Below, one piece after another: positions 10,898 through 21,390 of a DNA stretch of 64,000 bases. The position numbers and the translations under genes are program-made. The notes under the pieces were generated by a model, which had not been told where the DNA came from, searched no databases, and saw nothing but the letters and a program-made list of their open reading frames with translations. Position 1 is the first letter of the stretch. Each line of letters begins with the position of its first letter. The DNA comes from a bacterium (lineage in GTDB: Bacteria; Zhuqueibacterota; Zhuqueibacteria; Residuimicrobiales; Krinioviventaceae), in NCBI GenBank assembly GCA_963675755.2, contig CAXXMD010000003.1:1888001-1952000 (forward strand), read 5' to 3'.

Positions 10898-12364
10898 ATG
10901 CCGCAATTAAGATCATTACTGAATGGGATTAATTTACAGAATGCTATTGGTCCACTTGATATTGATATTCGTGCAATACGTGTACAGGCGCAAAATATCA
11001 ATGCCGGTGATTTGTATATCGCTATTCCGGGCAACAGGCATGACGGACATGATTTTATAGATTTGGCAATAAACAAGGGTGCTGTTTGTGTATTACATGA
11101 AAAACCCGTAACATACCCCAATCCCAATGTAACCTATATTCAGGTTGAAAACTCCCGCAGGGCAAGTGCTTTACTCGCATCCAAATATTATGGTAATCCT
11201 TCGCAATCCATGAAATTGACGGCAATTACCGGCACAAATGGTAAAACAACAACCAGTTACCTGCTGCACACTTTATTGAAGCAAAACAAAATAAAACCCG
11301 GACTTTTGGGGACGATTACCTATTTGGCTGGAGACCAATCCATAGGGGCGGGGCTGACTACTCCGGCGCCTTTGCAGCTCCATCATTTGTTCAAGACATT
11401 CAAAAATCATAATGTTGAACATTGTGTAATGGAAGTCTCGAGCCATGCGCTTAAGCAGGAGCGTGTGTTTGGAATTGATTTTGACACTGCTGTTTTTACA
11501 AACCTTTCTCATGATCATTTGGATTATCATCCTACATTTGATGATTATGCGGATTCAAAATTATCATTGTTCCGGGGGTTAGGAGCAAATTCGTGGGCAA
11601 TAGTTAATCGGGATGATCCGTTTTCCAGTGTTGTGATCAAGGAATCGTTAACACGACAGATCATGACCTGCTCATTAAAAGATCCCGGTGCAGATGTTTT
11701 TGCTGAGCAGCTCATTGTTGACAACAAGGGATTGCGAATTAAAATAAATTCACCCCAAGGACCGTTGGAGATTGAATCTGCATTGTTTGGAAAACACAAT
11801 GCAGAAAATATACTGGCAGCCGTTGCCTTTGGTATTGTGTATAATATGCATGTTGACGACATCGCAAGCGGGATCTACAATTTAAAGTCAGTTTCGGGGC
11901 GATTTGAGCCGGTGCAAACCGATTTACCGTTTCCGGTGATTGTAGATTTTGCTCATACACCGGATGCGTTGCAAAAAACATTAACTACCGCCAGAACAAT
12001 ATTTGGAAAAAAGATAATAACTGTGTTTGGCTGCGGAGGGGATCGTGACAGAGAAAAGCGTCCGGTAATGGGCAGGATTGCTTCTGAAATGTCTGATCAG
12101 GTTGTGTTAACATCCGATAATCCACGGAATGAAGATCCAATTAAGATTATAAATGAAATCGAATCAGGTATGTTAAAAAGCAGTCTGAAACATATCATCC
12201 CTGACAGACGTAAAGCTATACATTACGCGCTATCAATTGCCGATGAAATCAGTTTAGTATTGATAGCGGGTAAGGGACATGAAACCAGACAAGATATTGG
12301 AGGAGAGATTGTACCCTTTGATGATCGCGATTGTGTATTAACATTTAATAATGAGAATATTTGA
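10898..12364 (+). CDS. murE: UDP-N-acetylmuramoyl-L-alanyl-D-glutamate--2,6-diaminopimelate ligase
   Basis: TGTNGKTTT, MEVSSHAL, FTNLSHDHLDYH, DFAHTPDA, FGCGGDRD, SDNPR (meso-DAP-type), AGKGHE. Confidence 0.95.
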   Translation: MPQLRSLLNGINLQNAIGPLDIDIRAIRVQAQNINAGDLYIAIPGNRHDGHDFIDLAINKGAVCVLHEKPVTYPNPNVTYIQVENSRRASALLASKYYGNPSQSMKLTAITGTNGKTTTSYLLHTLLKQNKIKPGLLGTITYLAGDQSIGAGLTTPAPLQLHHLFKTFKNHNVEHCVMEVSSHALKQERVFGIDFDTAVFTNLSHDHLDYHPTFDDYADSKLSLFRGLGANSWAIVNRDDPFSSVVIKESLTRQIMTCSLKDPGADVFAEQLIVDNKGLRIKINSPQGPLEIESALFGKHNAENILAAVAFGIVYNMHVDDIASGIYNLKSVSGRFEPVQTDLPFPVIVDFAHTPDALQKTLTTARTIFGKKIITVFGCGGDRDREKRPVMGRIASEMSDQVVLTSDNPRNEDPIKIINEIESGMLKSSLKHIIPDRRKAIHYALSIADEISLVLIAGKGHETRQDIGGEIVPFDDRDCVLTFNNENI

Positions 12365-12425
12365 ATTTGAGAAAAATTTTTGTAAATTTGTTGTCAACGG
12401 TTGAAATGGAGTATCTGAGGAAAAA

Positions 12426-13616
12426 ATGACAACCAAACCTGTAATTGTGCAGAAATATGGCGGAAGTTCACTGGCAAGTCCTGAACATATACTGCATGTT
12501 GCTAAAAATATTGTAGAACGAAAATCTAAAGGCGTAGACCTGATTGTTGTGGTTTCTGCAATGGGAAAAACAACAGACCAGTTTGTAAAACTGGCGCATC
12601 AGGTAAATCCGAATCCGGATAAACGAGAGATGGATATGCTGCTGTCTGTTGGTGAACGGATTTCCATATCTGTACTGGCGCTTGCCATTAATGCTTTGGG
12701 AAAATATAAAGCTGTTAGTTATACCGGCAGCCAAATAGGATTGATAACAGATAACAATCACACCAATGCACGGGTGTTGGAAGTTAAGGGACATCGGCTT
12801 CGTGAAGCTCTGGCTGAAGATAAGATTGTAGTTATTGCCGGATTTCAGGGAGTATCCATAAATAAAGAGATTACAACATTGGGACGCGGCGGGTCAGATA
12901 CTACTGCAGTAGCAGTTGCCGCAGCAATTGATGCAGATGCCTGTGAGATCATGTCGGATGTTGATGGTATTTATAGTGCTGATCCCAATAAAATACCGCT
13001 TGCAAAGCGGATTGATAGGATTGACTATGATCAGGCCCTTGAAATGGCAGCCGCCGGTGCCAAAATGCTGCATAAAACCTCCATCGAGTTTGCCAAACGT
13101 CACAATGTAGAGTTGTCTCTGGGTTCTACAGCTAATGGTAATATAGGCACAATTGTAACGAATGAGGGCTTGAGTAAAGGAACCGTAAATGGCGTTGTGC
13201 TGGATCGGGATGTTACTGTTATACGTTTTTCGATTACAGAAGATGCTGCCCGTACATTGCCGCATTTGTTTTCCAAAGAACGGATCCAGCTCAAGGTTTG
13301 GCAGTGTGTACAGGGATTGGGTATACTTGCTGTATCTCAAGGAGATTTAACATCCGCAACCCGTTTATTGGAAGCAACAGCGCAGACTGTAAATGTTTTC
13401 CCGGATATGGCACTGCTCTCTATTATTGGAACCAATGTTGGCTTGGGAACCGATTCTGCTGAAAAATTTACAGGGTTATTAAAAGACCATATTCAAATGG
13501 GAATTATAATAGGTGGTGAGCTCTTTTTACGAGCGCTGCTAACCAACACAGAAAGTGAAAAATTATGTGCACGTGTGCACCAGTATTTTATCATTGATAA
13601 TAAAGAGATTAAATAA
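12426..13616 (+). CDS. lysC: Aspartate kinase
   Basis: VQKYGGSS, VVVSAMGKTTD, GFQG...TTLGRGGSDTTA, DVDGIYSADP; C-terminal ACT region is divergent. Confidence 0.92.
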   Translation: MTTKPVIVQKYGGSSLASPEHILHVAKNIVERKSKGVDLIVVVSAMGKTTDQFVKLAHQVNPNPDKREMDMLLSVGERISISVLALAINALGKYKAVSYTGSQIGLITDNNHTNARVLEVKGHRLREALAEDKIVVIAGFQGVSINKEITTLGRGGSDTTAVAVAAAIDADACEIMSDVDGIYSADPNKIPLAKRIDRIDYDQALEMAAAGAKMLHKTSIEFAKRHNVELSLGSTANGNIGTIVTNEGLSKGTVNGVVLDRDVTVIRFSITEDAARTLPHLFSKERIQLKVWQCVQGLGILAVSQGDLTSATRLLEATAQTVNVFPDMALLSIIGTNVGLGTDSAEKFTGLLKDHIQMGIIIGGELFLRALLTNTESEKLCARVHQYFIIDNKEIK

Positions 13617-14905
13617 TGGAAAAATTTGTTATACATGGCGTTAAAGACAAAAAATTAAGTGGTACCGTTAAAGTCTCTGGAAATAAAAACGAAGCTTTGC
13701 CTGTTTTGGCTGCCTGTTTACTTACCCCTGAGCCAATCGTGTTGAAAAATGTGCCCCGTATTGGGGATGTTGAAAGTATGCTTGATATCTTGCGTAGTCA
13801 GGGTGCTGAAATTACTGAACTGGAGAAAAATACTTTACAGATTCGGTGTGAAAAAATAGAGCACGCTGAACTGGATCCCCAGAGATGTTCAACATTGCGT
13901 GCGGCTATATTACTTGCCGGTCCGCTGGTTACCCGGTTTAATCGGGTTGTATTGCCCCCACCCGGAGGTGATGTTATTGGAAGACGCCGATTGGATACAC
14001 ATTTTCTGGCGTTAAAGAGTCTGGGTTCAAATGTAGATGTGGTTGATAAAAAGTATGTCTTTGAACAAGATGGTCTGCAAGGTGCAGATATCTTTTTGGA
14101 CGAGCAATCCGTAACCGCTACAGAAAACGCGATTATGGCTGCCGTACTGGCAAAAGGGCAGACCATTATCCGTAATGCTGCCTGCGAACCTCATGTTTCC
14201 GGTCTGGCTAAAATGCTGAACAAGATGGGAGCCCAAATATCCGGAATTGGCACCAATATTCTTACCATTGAGGGTGTGGAATCTTTGCATGGATGTGAGC
14301 ATGATATTGGTCCTGACTATTTGGAAATTGGCGGATACATTGTACTTGCCGCTATTACGCATTCCGACATCACAATAGAACCGATAAATCCCGAAGATCT
14401 TATGGTCATTCATTCCACGTTTTGTAAACTGGGTATATGTTATACAATCGATGGTGATAAACTGCATGTGCCCGGTGATCAAAATTTGGAAATTACCGAA
14501 GACTTTGCCGGAGATATACCCAAGATTGCTGATGGGACCTGGCCCGCATTTCCTTCTGATCTGATGAGTATTGTGATTGTTGCCGCAACTCAGGCCAAAG
14601 GCACGGTTCTGGTTTTTGAAAAAATGTATGATGGCCGTATGTTTTTTGTGGATTATCTGATATCCATGGGAGCAAAGATCGTACTATGTGATCCCCACCG
14701 CGCGGTGATTGTGGGACCTGCCAGACTTTATGGTACCCAGTTGACCAGTCCTGATATTCGTGCCGGTATGTCATTGATTATTGCTGCCCTTTGTGCAAAA
14801 GGGAAAAGCGAGATCTATAACATCAAACAGATCGACAGGGGATATGAAGACCTGGAAGGAAAGTTGAGAAAACTTGGCGCCAACATAGAACGGGTAAGTG
14901 ATTAA
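13616..14905 (+). CDS. murA: UDP-N-acetylglucosamine 1-carboxyvinyltransferase (Asp-type active-site loop)
   Basis: SGNKNEALP, PGGDVIGRR, SVTATEN, NAACEPH, PAFPSD, DIRAG, IDRGYE. Confidence 0.95.
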   Translation: MEKFVIHGVKDKKLSGTVKVSGNKNEALPVLAACLLTPEPIVLKNVPRIGDVESMLDILRSQGAEITELEKNTLQIRCEKIEHAELDPQRCSTLRAAILLAGPLVTRFNRVVLPPPGGDVIGRRRLDTHFLALKSLGSNVDVVDKKYVFEQDGLQGADIFLDEQSVTATENAIMAAVLAKGQTIIRNAACEPHVSGLAKMLNKMGAQISGIGTNILTIEGVESLHGCEHDIGPDYLEIGGYIVLAAITHSDITIEPINPEDLMVIHSTFCKLGICYTIDGDKLHVPGDQNLEITEDFAGDIPKIADGTWPAFPSDLMSIVIVAATQAKGTVLVFEKMYDGRMFFVDYLISMGAKIVLCDPHRAVIVGPARLYGTQLTSPDIRAGMSLIIAALCAKGKSEIYNIKQIDRGYEDLEGKLRKLGANIERVSD

Positions 14906-15814
14906 GTGGATAGATTGCCTCAAAGTATTATAGAAAAGTATGGTATTGAACAAAATGCTGATTTAAAGCCCTATACCAATATTCGAATTGGGGGCACGGC
15001 AGAATATCTAGTAAAGATTACATCTATTGATTCTTTTGTTGAATTGTTCAAGTATTGTAAACAAGCCGGAATACGTTTTCAACCTTTGGGTCAGGGAAGT
15101 AATGTTTTCTTTTCTGATAAAGGTTTTGATGGATTGGTGGCTGTCCTTGCATTTGATGGTATAGAAAAAATTAATGATACATCGCTTTGTGTGCAAGCCG
15201 GCACACCTCTTTCAGCAGTAAATCGATATTGTATTTGTAATTCATTAACAGGGTTTGAGTTTTCTTCCGGAATTCCCGGTACCGTTGGTGGTGCTGTGTA
15301 TGGCAATGCCGGTGCTTATGGACGGAACATTGGGGAATGTATAAAGTCTGCAACTGTTTTGATACCCAATGGTACGATTGAAAAGGTCGATGTCTCTTTT
15401 TTCAATTTTTCATATCGCCATTCTGCATTAAAAGAAAACAACGCAATTTTGCTGGACGTTTGTCTGGAATTGCAAAAAGGTGAGTACGATGCAATCCTAA
15501 AGCGGGTTAGAGAAATTCATGCAATTCGTAGTAAAAAGCTTCCTCATTGGAGTACCGCAACCGCCGGTTCTTTTTTCAAAAATATACCTAATCCTGATGG
15601 GATGAACATTGCAGCGGCCAAGTATTTGGATTCTGTTGGAAGCAAAGAAACAACAGTAGGGGATGCAGGAATCCATCCCAAACATGCAAATATATTTTAC
15701 AATCGTGGAAATGCTACCGCCAAAGATATCTTACAGCTTGAAGAAATATTACGTGAGCGCGTAAGAGAGAAATATAATCTGGTTCTTGAGCGCGAAGTGA
15801 TGTTTATTGAATAG
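14906..15814 (+). CDS. murB: UDP-N-acetylenolpyruvoylglucosamine reductase
   Basis: IGGTA, LGQGSNV, GIPGTVGGAVYGNAGAYG, FSYRHS, AGSFFKN, HANIF, LEREV; GTG start. Confidence 0.95.
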   Translation: MDRLPQSIIEKYGIEQNADLKPYTNIRIGGTAEYLVKITSIDSFVELFKYCKQAGIRFQPLGQGSNVFFSDKGFDGLVAVLAFDGIEKINDTSLCVQAGTPLSAVNRYCICNSLTGFEFSSGIPGTVGGAVYGNAGAYGRNIGECIKSATVLIPNGTIEKVDVSFFNFSYRHSALKENNAILLDVCLELQKGEYDAILKRVREIHAIRSKKLPHWSTATAGSFFKNIPNPDGMNIAAAKYLDSVGSKETTVGDAGIHPKHANIFYNRGNATAKDILQLEEILRERVREKYNLVLEREVMFIE

Positions 15815-15815
15815 A

Positions 15816-16229
15816 TTAGCCCTTGATTCTTTCCTGAAAGGTCGCTAAAAATTCTTCCGGGGTTTTACTGGCCAGAGCCATTTTTTCCATAGGACATTTA
15901 TCTGTATTATCACGGTTCATGATAACCGGTATAGTTTTTTCTGCCGTGATAGGAATATTATATTCCTCTAAAAGTGACAAAGCTGTTTCACTTGCCAGGG
16001 GAGTATATATCTCTTTTACTTTACCCAGAATGCATAAATATGCTGCAGCTCTTCCGATAATTTTATCATAAAGGATTGCGTCTTCCATTCCTTCCGGATT
16101 GGTTTGGAGTGCAGTATAGAGAGGTTTTATCATGGGATCATATGATTCAAAAACAGTTTCACCGTTTTTGATGATCAACAATGAAAGTCCTTTTGATTTT
16201 AATGTGTCAAGGTTTTGCTGTGGGGTCAT
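15816..16229 (-). CDS. DUF1893 (TM1506-like) protein
   Basis: DKIIGRAAA, S..A..LL, IMNRDNTDKCPME motifs. Confidence 0.8.
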   Translation of the reverse strand: MTPQQNLDTLKSKGLSLLIIKNGETVFESYDPMIKPLYTALQTNPEGMEDAILYDKIIGRAAAYLCILGKVKEIYTPLASETALSLLEEYNIPITAEKTIPVIMNRDNTDKCPMEKMALASKTPEEFLATFQERIKG

Positions 16230-16390
16230 GTTTTATCTCATCTTTAAAATTTTTCAAATATAGCAAAATAAATTTCGTAAACCAAGGTTTTAAAATGTAA
16301 AACTTTGTCACGCGAATATTTTTGCTGGACATTTTAACTTTAAATGTATATAGTATAAAGTAGTAACCAAATACATTTGGAGGAAAGGGT

Positions 16391-17722
16391 ATGGTTAACA
16401 TTACACGCAGAGATTTTGTGAAAAATTCTGCAGCAGTCGCTGCTGCTTCGGCAGTAATGATCGGTCCCAAAACCTGGGCCGGTGCAAATGACAAAATACG
16501 TGTTGCTTGTGTAGGTGTACATGGACGAGGTGGAAGCCATATACGTGGATTTCAGGCATTACCTGGTGTTGAAGTAACTACACTTTGTGATGTTGATGAA
16601 AAAGTTTTATCAGATCGTACCAAAGAATTTGAAGAAAAGGGATGGAAAAAACCGAAAACATATACTGACATCCGTAAACTTTTAGAAGATAAAGATGTGG
16701 ATGTTGTTGCTATGGCAACACCAAACCATTGGCATGCATTAGGTACCATTTGGGCTTGTCAGGCAGGTAAAGATGTATATGTTGAAAAACCAGCCAGCCA
16801 TAATATTTTTGAAGGTCGCAAAATGGTTGAAGCTGCACGAAAATACAATAGAATGGTACAATGTGGTATGCAAATCCGCAGTTCCATTGCTATTCAAGCA
16901 GCTGTTGAATTTATGAAAAGCGGACAATTGGGTGAAGTATATATGGCCAAAGGTCTTTGCTATAAATGGAGAAACACGATTGGCCATACACCAAACGAAC
17001 CCGTACCCGAAGGCGTTCATTATGATTCATGGCTTGGACCTGCTCCAAATCGTCCTTTCTCAAAAAACCGTTTTCATTACAATTGGCACTGGCACTGGGA
17101 TTATGGTAATGGTGATATTGGAAACCAGGGTGTTCACCAGCTTGATGTTGCTCGCTGGGGACTGGGTCTTGATACACATCCTGTAAAAATCCAGTCTATG
17201 GGTGGTCACATGATGTTTGATGATGATCAGGAAACACCAAATGTTCAACATGCGTTTTTTGAATATCCAAATCCTGATGGTGGTGGCGATAAAAAGAAAA
17301 TGCTCCAATTTGAAGTACGTCACTGGATTACCAACCACGAAGGTGGAGTTGGTGAAGGCCCCAGTAATACGGTTGGTATTATCTTTTATGGTTCTGAAGG
17401 ATATCTTGTAGTTGACAGTTATAATAGCTGGCATACATTCTTTGGACGTAAACGGGAACCGGGTCCAAATGCGGATGCTGGTGGCAATCATTTCCAGAAT
17501 TTTATTGATGCTGTACGCGCACGTGATTATACGATTCTGAATGGTGATGTGGAAGAAGGACACCTCAGCGCGGCATTGAACCACATGGCAATGACAGCTT
17601 ATCGTCTGGAAAGAACACTCGAGTTTGATCCTAAAAAAGAAATGTATGTAAACGATGACGAAGCCAACGCTATGTTGACCCGTGATTATCGGGCACCTTT
17701 TATTGTACCAGATAACGTTTAA
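16391..17722 (+). CDS. Tat-exported Gfo/Idh/MocA-family oxidoreductase
   Basis: TRRDFVK Tat signal, GVHGRG, ATPNHWH, VYVEKP, WLGPAP, GNQGVHQLD; SD GGAGG. Confidence 0.92.
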   Translation: MVNITRRDFVKNSAAVAAASAVMIGPKTWAGANDKIRVACVGVHGRGGSHIRGFQALPGVEVTTLCDVDEKVLSDRTKEFEEKGWKKPKTYTDIRKLLEDKDVDVVAMATPNHWHALGTIWACQAGKDVYVEKPASHNIFEGRKMVEAARKYNRMVQCGMQIRSSIAIQAAVEFMKSGQLGEVYMAKGLCYKWRNTIGHTPNEPVPEGVHYDSWLGPAPNRPFSKNRFHYNWHWHWDYGNGDIGNQGVHQLDVARWGLGLDTHPVKIQSMGGHMMFDDDQETPNVQHAFFEYPNPDGGGDKKKMLQFEVRHWITNHEGGVGEGPSNTVGIIFYGSEGYLVVDSYNSWHTFFGRKREPGPNADAGGNHFQNFIDAVRARDYTILNGDVEEGHLSAALNHMAMTAYRLERTLEFDPKKEMYVNDDEANAMLTRDYRAPFIVPDNV

Positions 17723-17726
17723 AAAT

Positions 17727-17760
17727 AAAAAAAGCCCGATTTTAAAATCGGGCTTTTTTT
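17727..17760. terminator. Bidirectional terminator overlapping the last codons of the convergent GT9 gene
   Basis: A7-GCCCGATTTTAAAATCGGGC-T7 palindrome between convergent stops. Confidence 0.75.
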
Positions 17761-18764
17761 ATGATCATATCTAAAACCTGTTCAACAGGTATTAATTTCA
17801 TGGGATTTTTTCCCTCTCCATAATCCGCATCTTCCGGCGGTGTTATTACAGAATCCAATTGATTATATGGCCCCCATCGATTGGGATGACATGCCTGAAG
17901 GGTGCAATATAATCCAACTACATTACTACCGGTTGCAACTGCCAGATGTAAGGGGCCAGTGCTGTTAGCAGTAACAATGGCAGCATGCTTTAGAGCACAC
18001 GCAAGTTCTTTAATATCCAGTTGACCGTCAAACCGTATAACGTCTGTAGCTTTTTGAGCTATGGTTTCTGCCAGTGGTGATTCAGAAGCAGAACCGGTTA
18101 TAACAACAGGTATGTTGTGTATTTTGATTAATTGCTTTGCCAGCTCTGCAAAGTTATCTATAGGCCAGTCCAGAGCAGAGCCACCGCTGCCCGGATGGAT
18201 TACAACATAGGGTTTGTCTTTTATATTATTCTGCTCAAGTAACTTTTGCACACGCTGTTCAGCTTTTTCAGGAATGTTGAATTTAAACTCAATATCTTCA
18301 ATGTTGGCACCAATAACTTTTACTAAATCGAGATTTAATTCAAGCTCGTGTCTGCCGCTCTTTTTCCGGTGCTGCATTATTCTTGTATTAAACAGCAACG
18401 AATATGATCGGTAACCCGTGCCTACCCGATTGGGAATGCCGGCCAGCCAGCAAAGAATTGCCAAGCGTGTTGAGGGATGCAGTACCAGAGCTGTGTCAAA
18501 GTTTTTTGATTTAATTAATCTAACAAGTTTGAATAGACCTTTAATACCCTGGTGTTCTCCCTTATTATCATCAATAAGGATTTCATCAAGATCCGGATGA
18601 CCGGAAATGACATCTTGGGTATAGGGAGCAATCATCATGGTGGTATGTGAGCGGGGCCAGGTTTTTTTTATAGCTGTAAGAACAGGCGTTGATAAAAGTA
18701 CATCGCCCATTCTGTCAGTTCTAATGATTAATATGCGTTGAGGATCTGAGTTTTTGCCTGCCAT
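17742..18764 (-). CDS. Glycosyltransferase family 9 (LPS heptosyltransferase-like)
   Basis: IRTDRMGDVLLSTP, IHPGSG...WP, ANSTGPLHLAVA, RWGP. Confidence 0.9.
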   Translation of the reverse strand: MAGKNSDPQRILIIRTDRMGDVLLSTPVLTAIKKTWPRSHTTMMIAPYTQDVISGHPDLDEILIDDNKGEHQGIKGLFKLVRLIKSKNFDTALVLHPSTRLAILCWLAGIPNRVGTGYRSYSLLFNTRIMQHRKKSGRHELELNLDLVKVIGANIEDIEFKFNIPEKAEQRVQKLLEQNNIKDKPYVVIHPGSGGSALDWPIDNFAELAKQLIKIHNIPVVITGSASESPLAETIAQKATDVIRFDGQLDIKELACALKHAAIVTANSTGPLHLAVATGSNVVGLYCTLQACHPNRWGPYNQLDSVITPPEDADYGEGKNPMKLIPVEQVLDMIIKKARF

Positions 18765-19405
18765 TAAAAACCCAGGTCAATTACAGTGCCAATTTCTAGA
18801 GGAGTTATTGCGCCTTCCCGGATAATGCGTGCGGGATTGCGTGTAACATCAATTACGGTTGATGGATTTGTTGAGGGTGTTATACCTCCATCAATAACTA
18901 AATCCAGTTGATCTCCAAAGTAATTGACAACTTCTTGAGCTGTGTTTGCTGCGGGTTGCCCGGAAAGGTTGGCGCTGGTGGATACCAGGGGGAAACCGGT
19001 GAATTTCAATAAAGAGAGACAAATGGGATTATCAGGAATTCGTATAGCAATGGTTTTGGATCGTCCAAATTCAAAATCTTTGAGTGCTGCGGAAGTATTG
19101 AATACAATGGTAAGGGGACCGGGCCAAAAGTTTTCCATTAGTTTTTCAGCTGCCTCGGGAATTTCGTCAACGATATCACTGACCTGGAGAATATCTGCCG
19201 CAATCAGGATCATTGCTTTGCTTTTATCCCGATGTTTTAGGTCATAGATACGATTTACTGCATGATCAATATATGTACTACATCCTACACCGTAAACAGT
19301 TTCAGTAGGATATCCAATAACGCCGCCATTTCTCAGGATTTTAGCTGCGCGAGCAATAAGATCGGATTCGGGATGGATATTGTTTATTTTCAGTATGTTG
19401 CTCAT
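18764..19405 (-). CDS. tsaC: L-threonylcarbamoyladenylate synthase (TsaC/YrdC)
   Basis: YPTETVYG, K.R...K, FWPGPLT, IRIPD, STSANLSG, STVID, REGAI. Start moved from 19501 to MSNILKI to remove overlap with waaF. Confidence 0.92.
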   Translation of the reverse strand: MSNILKINNIHPESDLIARAAKILRNGGVIGYPTETVYGVGCSTYIDHAVNRIYDLKHRDKSKAMILIAADILQVSDIVDEIPEAAEKLMENFWPGPLTIVFNTSAALKDFEFGRSKTIAIRIPDNPICLSLLKFTGFPLVSTSANLSGQPAANTAQEVVNYFGDQLDLVIDGGITPSTNPSTVIDVTRNPARIIREGAITPLEIGTVIDLGF

Positions 19406-19410
19406 GCTTT

Positions 19411-20442
19411 TTATTTGTTTACCTCGATAACATTTAGTACTGTATCTAAAACCATTTGGGGCTCCAGTTCTGTCATACAGACATGAGTCCCAATTGGACA
19501 TTTTTTACTTCCGTGAATAGCACAGGGTCTGCAATTCAGACCTTTTTGTTCAATTACCGTGTGGCCGCTGCCATAGGGATAAAATCCAAAAGCGGGTACG
19601 GTTGGGCCAAAAATGGCAATAACTTTTGTGTTCACAGCAACACCCAGGTGCAATGTGCCGCTATCGTTACAAACCAGCGTCTTGCATTTGGTCAAGACCG
19701 CTGCGGATTGTCGTAAAGATAATTTCCCAGCCAGATTTACGACACTGCGTTTATCTGAATCACCTATTATATCGTTACAAAGGTTTATGTCATCAGGGCC
19801 GCCAATTAACACAACATTTAAATTGTTTTGGGTCAGCCTGTTTACCAGTTCACGATAATGGTCTTGCGGCCATTTTTTTGTGTTCCAAACCGAACCTGGT
19901 GCCACGGCAACCAGTGTAAGGGTATCTGATAATTTTTCTAAATGATTTTCAATAACAGAGTAATCATTTTCATCCGGGTATACCCGCGGCCCGGAGCTAT
20001 TTATAATTTTACTATCAATAGCCTGCAAAAGATTCAGATTTCTTTCAACTTCATGGAGCGTTGATTGATAGGCTATAGAGTTTGTATATAAAAAGGATCC
20101 ACTACTTTTATCAAAACCGATTCGTGTCTTTGAACCGGTTAACAGTGCTAGAACAGCACTGCGCATGGATCGGTGGGGTATGATTACACTTTTATATCTT
20201 CTTTTTCTCAGTTCTTTTGCGAGTCTGATAAAGTTGATAAAACCTTTATCTTTACCGCGTTTATCATATTCTATAATATTATTAATATTTGGATTATTTT
20301 CCAACACATTTTTTGAGTTTGGAACCACAATTACATCAATTTTCGCATCGGATTGTATGTTTTTTAATGCTTGCAGCAGCGGTGTGGTCAATATAACATC
20401 GCCAATGAAGGCAGTCTGAATAACCAGTATATTATGATCCAT
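19411..20442 (-). CDS. waaF: Lipopolysaccharide heptosyltransferase II (GT9)
   Basis: QTAFIGDVILTTP, PHRSMRS, APGSVWNTKKW, CNDSG..HL, FGPT, CRPC..HG...CP. Confidence 0.8.
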   Translation of the reverse strand: MDHNILVIQTAFIGDVILTTPLLQALKNIQSDAKIDVIVVPNSKNVLENNPNINNIIEYDKRGKDKGFINFIRLAKELRKRRYKSVIIPHRSMRSAVLALLTGSKTRIGFDKSSGSFLYTNSIAYQSTLHEVERNLNLLQAIDSKIINSSGPRVYPDENDYSVIENHLEKLSDTLTLVAVAPGSVWNTKKWPQDHYRELVNRLTQNNLNVVLIGGPDDINLCNDIIGDSDKRSVVNLAGKLSLRQSAAVLTKCKTLVCNDSGTLHLGVAVNTKVIAIFGPTVPAFGFYPYGSGHTVIEQKGLNCRPCAIHGSKKCPIGTHVCMTELEPQMVLDTVLNVIEVNK

Positions 20443-21349
20443 TTACCGGTTCCGAAATTGTTTCTACAGGAGGTTTTGTTTTCCAGCGTTTGTGCATCCA
20501 CAGCCAATGATCGGGCCATTTTCTAACACTTTTTTCCAGCGCTGATGCGTGTCGCTGTGTAAGGATCTCTATATTTTCCTCAGTCACTCCGTCCAGGTCA
20601 GAATGGTCAATCAGTTCCAGATGTACGGTATGATGGCCTTTTGCACTGCGAACACATGTGCCATAGATGATTGGAGCACCGGATTTGAGTGCTAAAATTG
20701 CAACACCCGGGGCAGTGGATGACGGTCTGCCCAGAAAATCTATAAATACGCCTTTTGAATGTGCATCCTGGTCAGAGGCTATTGCTACTAATTTTTTGTC
20801 TTTTAACGCTTTTAAAACGCCTCTTACACCCATTCCCATGGGAATGGTACCTACATTGGTTTTCTTACGATATTCAATAATGAGGTTGCCTACTTTTTTA
20901 TTACGCTGATCTTTGGCAAGCCCGGTCATGGGATATCCTTTTGCTGAAATTGCTGCACCCATCAGCTCCCAGTTGCCAAAATGACCGGTTAAACACAAGC
21001 CACCCTTGTTTTGAGTGTATGCCTGATCTAATATTTCCGGATTCTCAAAGTGTACGTGTGATTCCAGAAAAGATTTGGTGTGAAGAGGTGTCCGCATAAA
21101 CTCTATCATATTGCGGGCAAGATTTATATATGTATTTTTAACAATTTGATTGATTTCTTGAAGAGATTTATCTGGAAACGCATTTACAAGGTTTTCTGTT
21201 GCCACTTTTTTTCGTATGGGTATTAAATAAAAGAACATCAATCCAATGCCTTTTGCGACAGCCAGTGCAGCTGAAAGTGGCAGGATACGGATAAGTTTTC
21301 CTACAATCAATACCAGGCTATATTCAAAATTATTCTTGAACTTTTTCAT
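20432..21349 (-). CDS. lpxL: Lipid A late acyltransferase (LpxL/HtrB family)
   Basis: GHFGNWE (HX4E), SDQD, FLGR, PDHWLWMHKRWK. Confidence 0.82.
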   Translation of the reverse strand: MKKFKNNFEYSLVLIVGKLIRILPLSAALAVAKGIGLMFFYLIPIRKKVATENLVNAFPDKSLQEINQIVKNTYINLARNMIEFMRTPLHTKSFLESHVHFENPEILDQAYTQNKGGLCLTGHFGNWELMGAAISAKGYPMTGLAKDQRNKKVGNLIIEYRKKTNVGTIPMGMGVRGVLKALKDKKLVAIASDQDAHSKGVFIDFLGRPSSTAPGVAILALKSGAPIIYGTCVRSAKGHHTVHLELIDHSDLDGVTEENIEILTQRHASALEKSVRKWPDHWLWMHKRWKTKPPVETISEPVNGS

Positions 21350-21390
21350 TGGTAAATATATGAAATAACAGGAATGAATACAACTGATTA

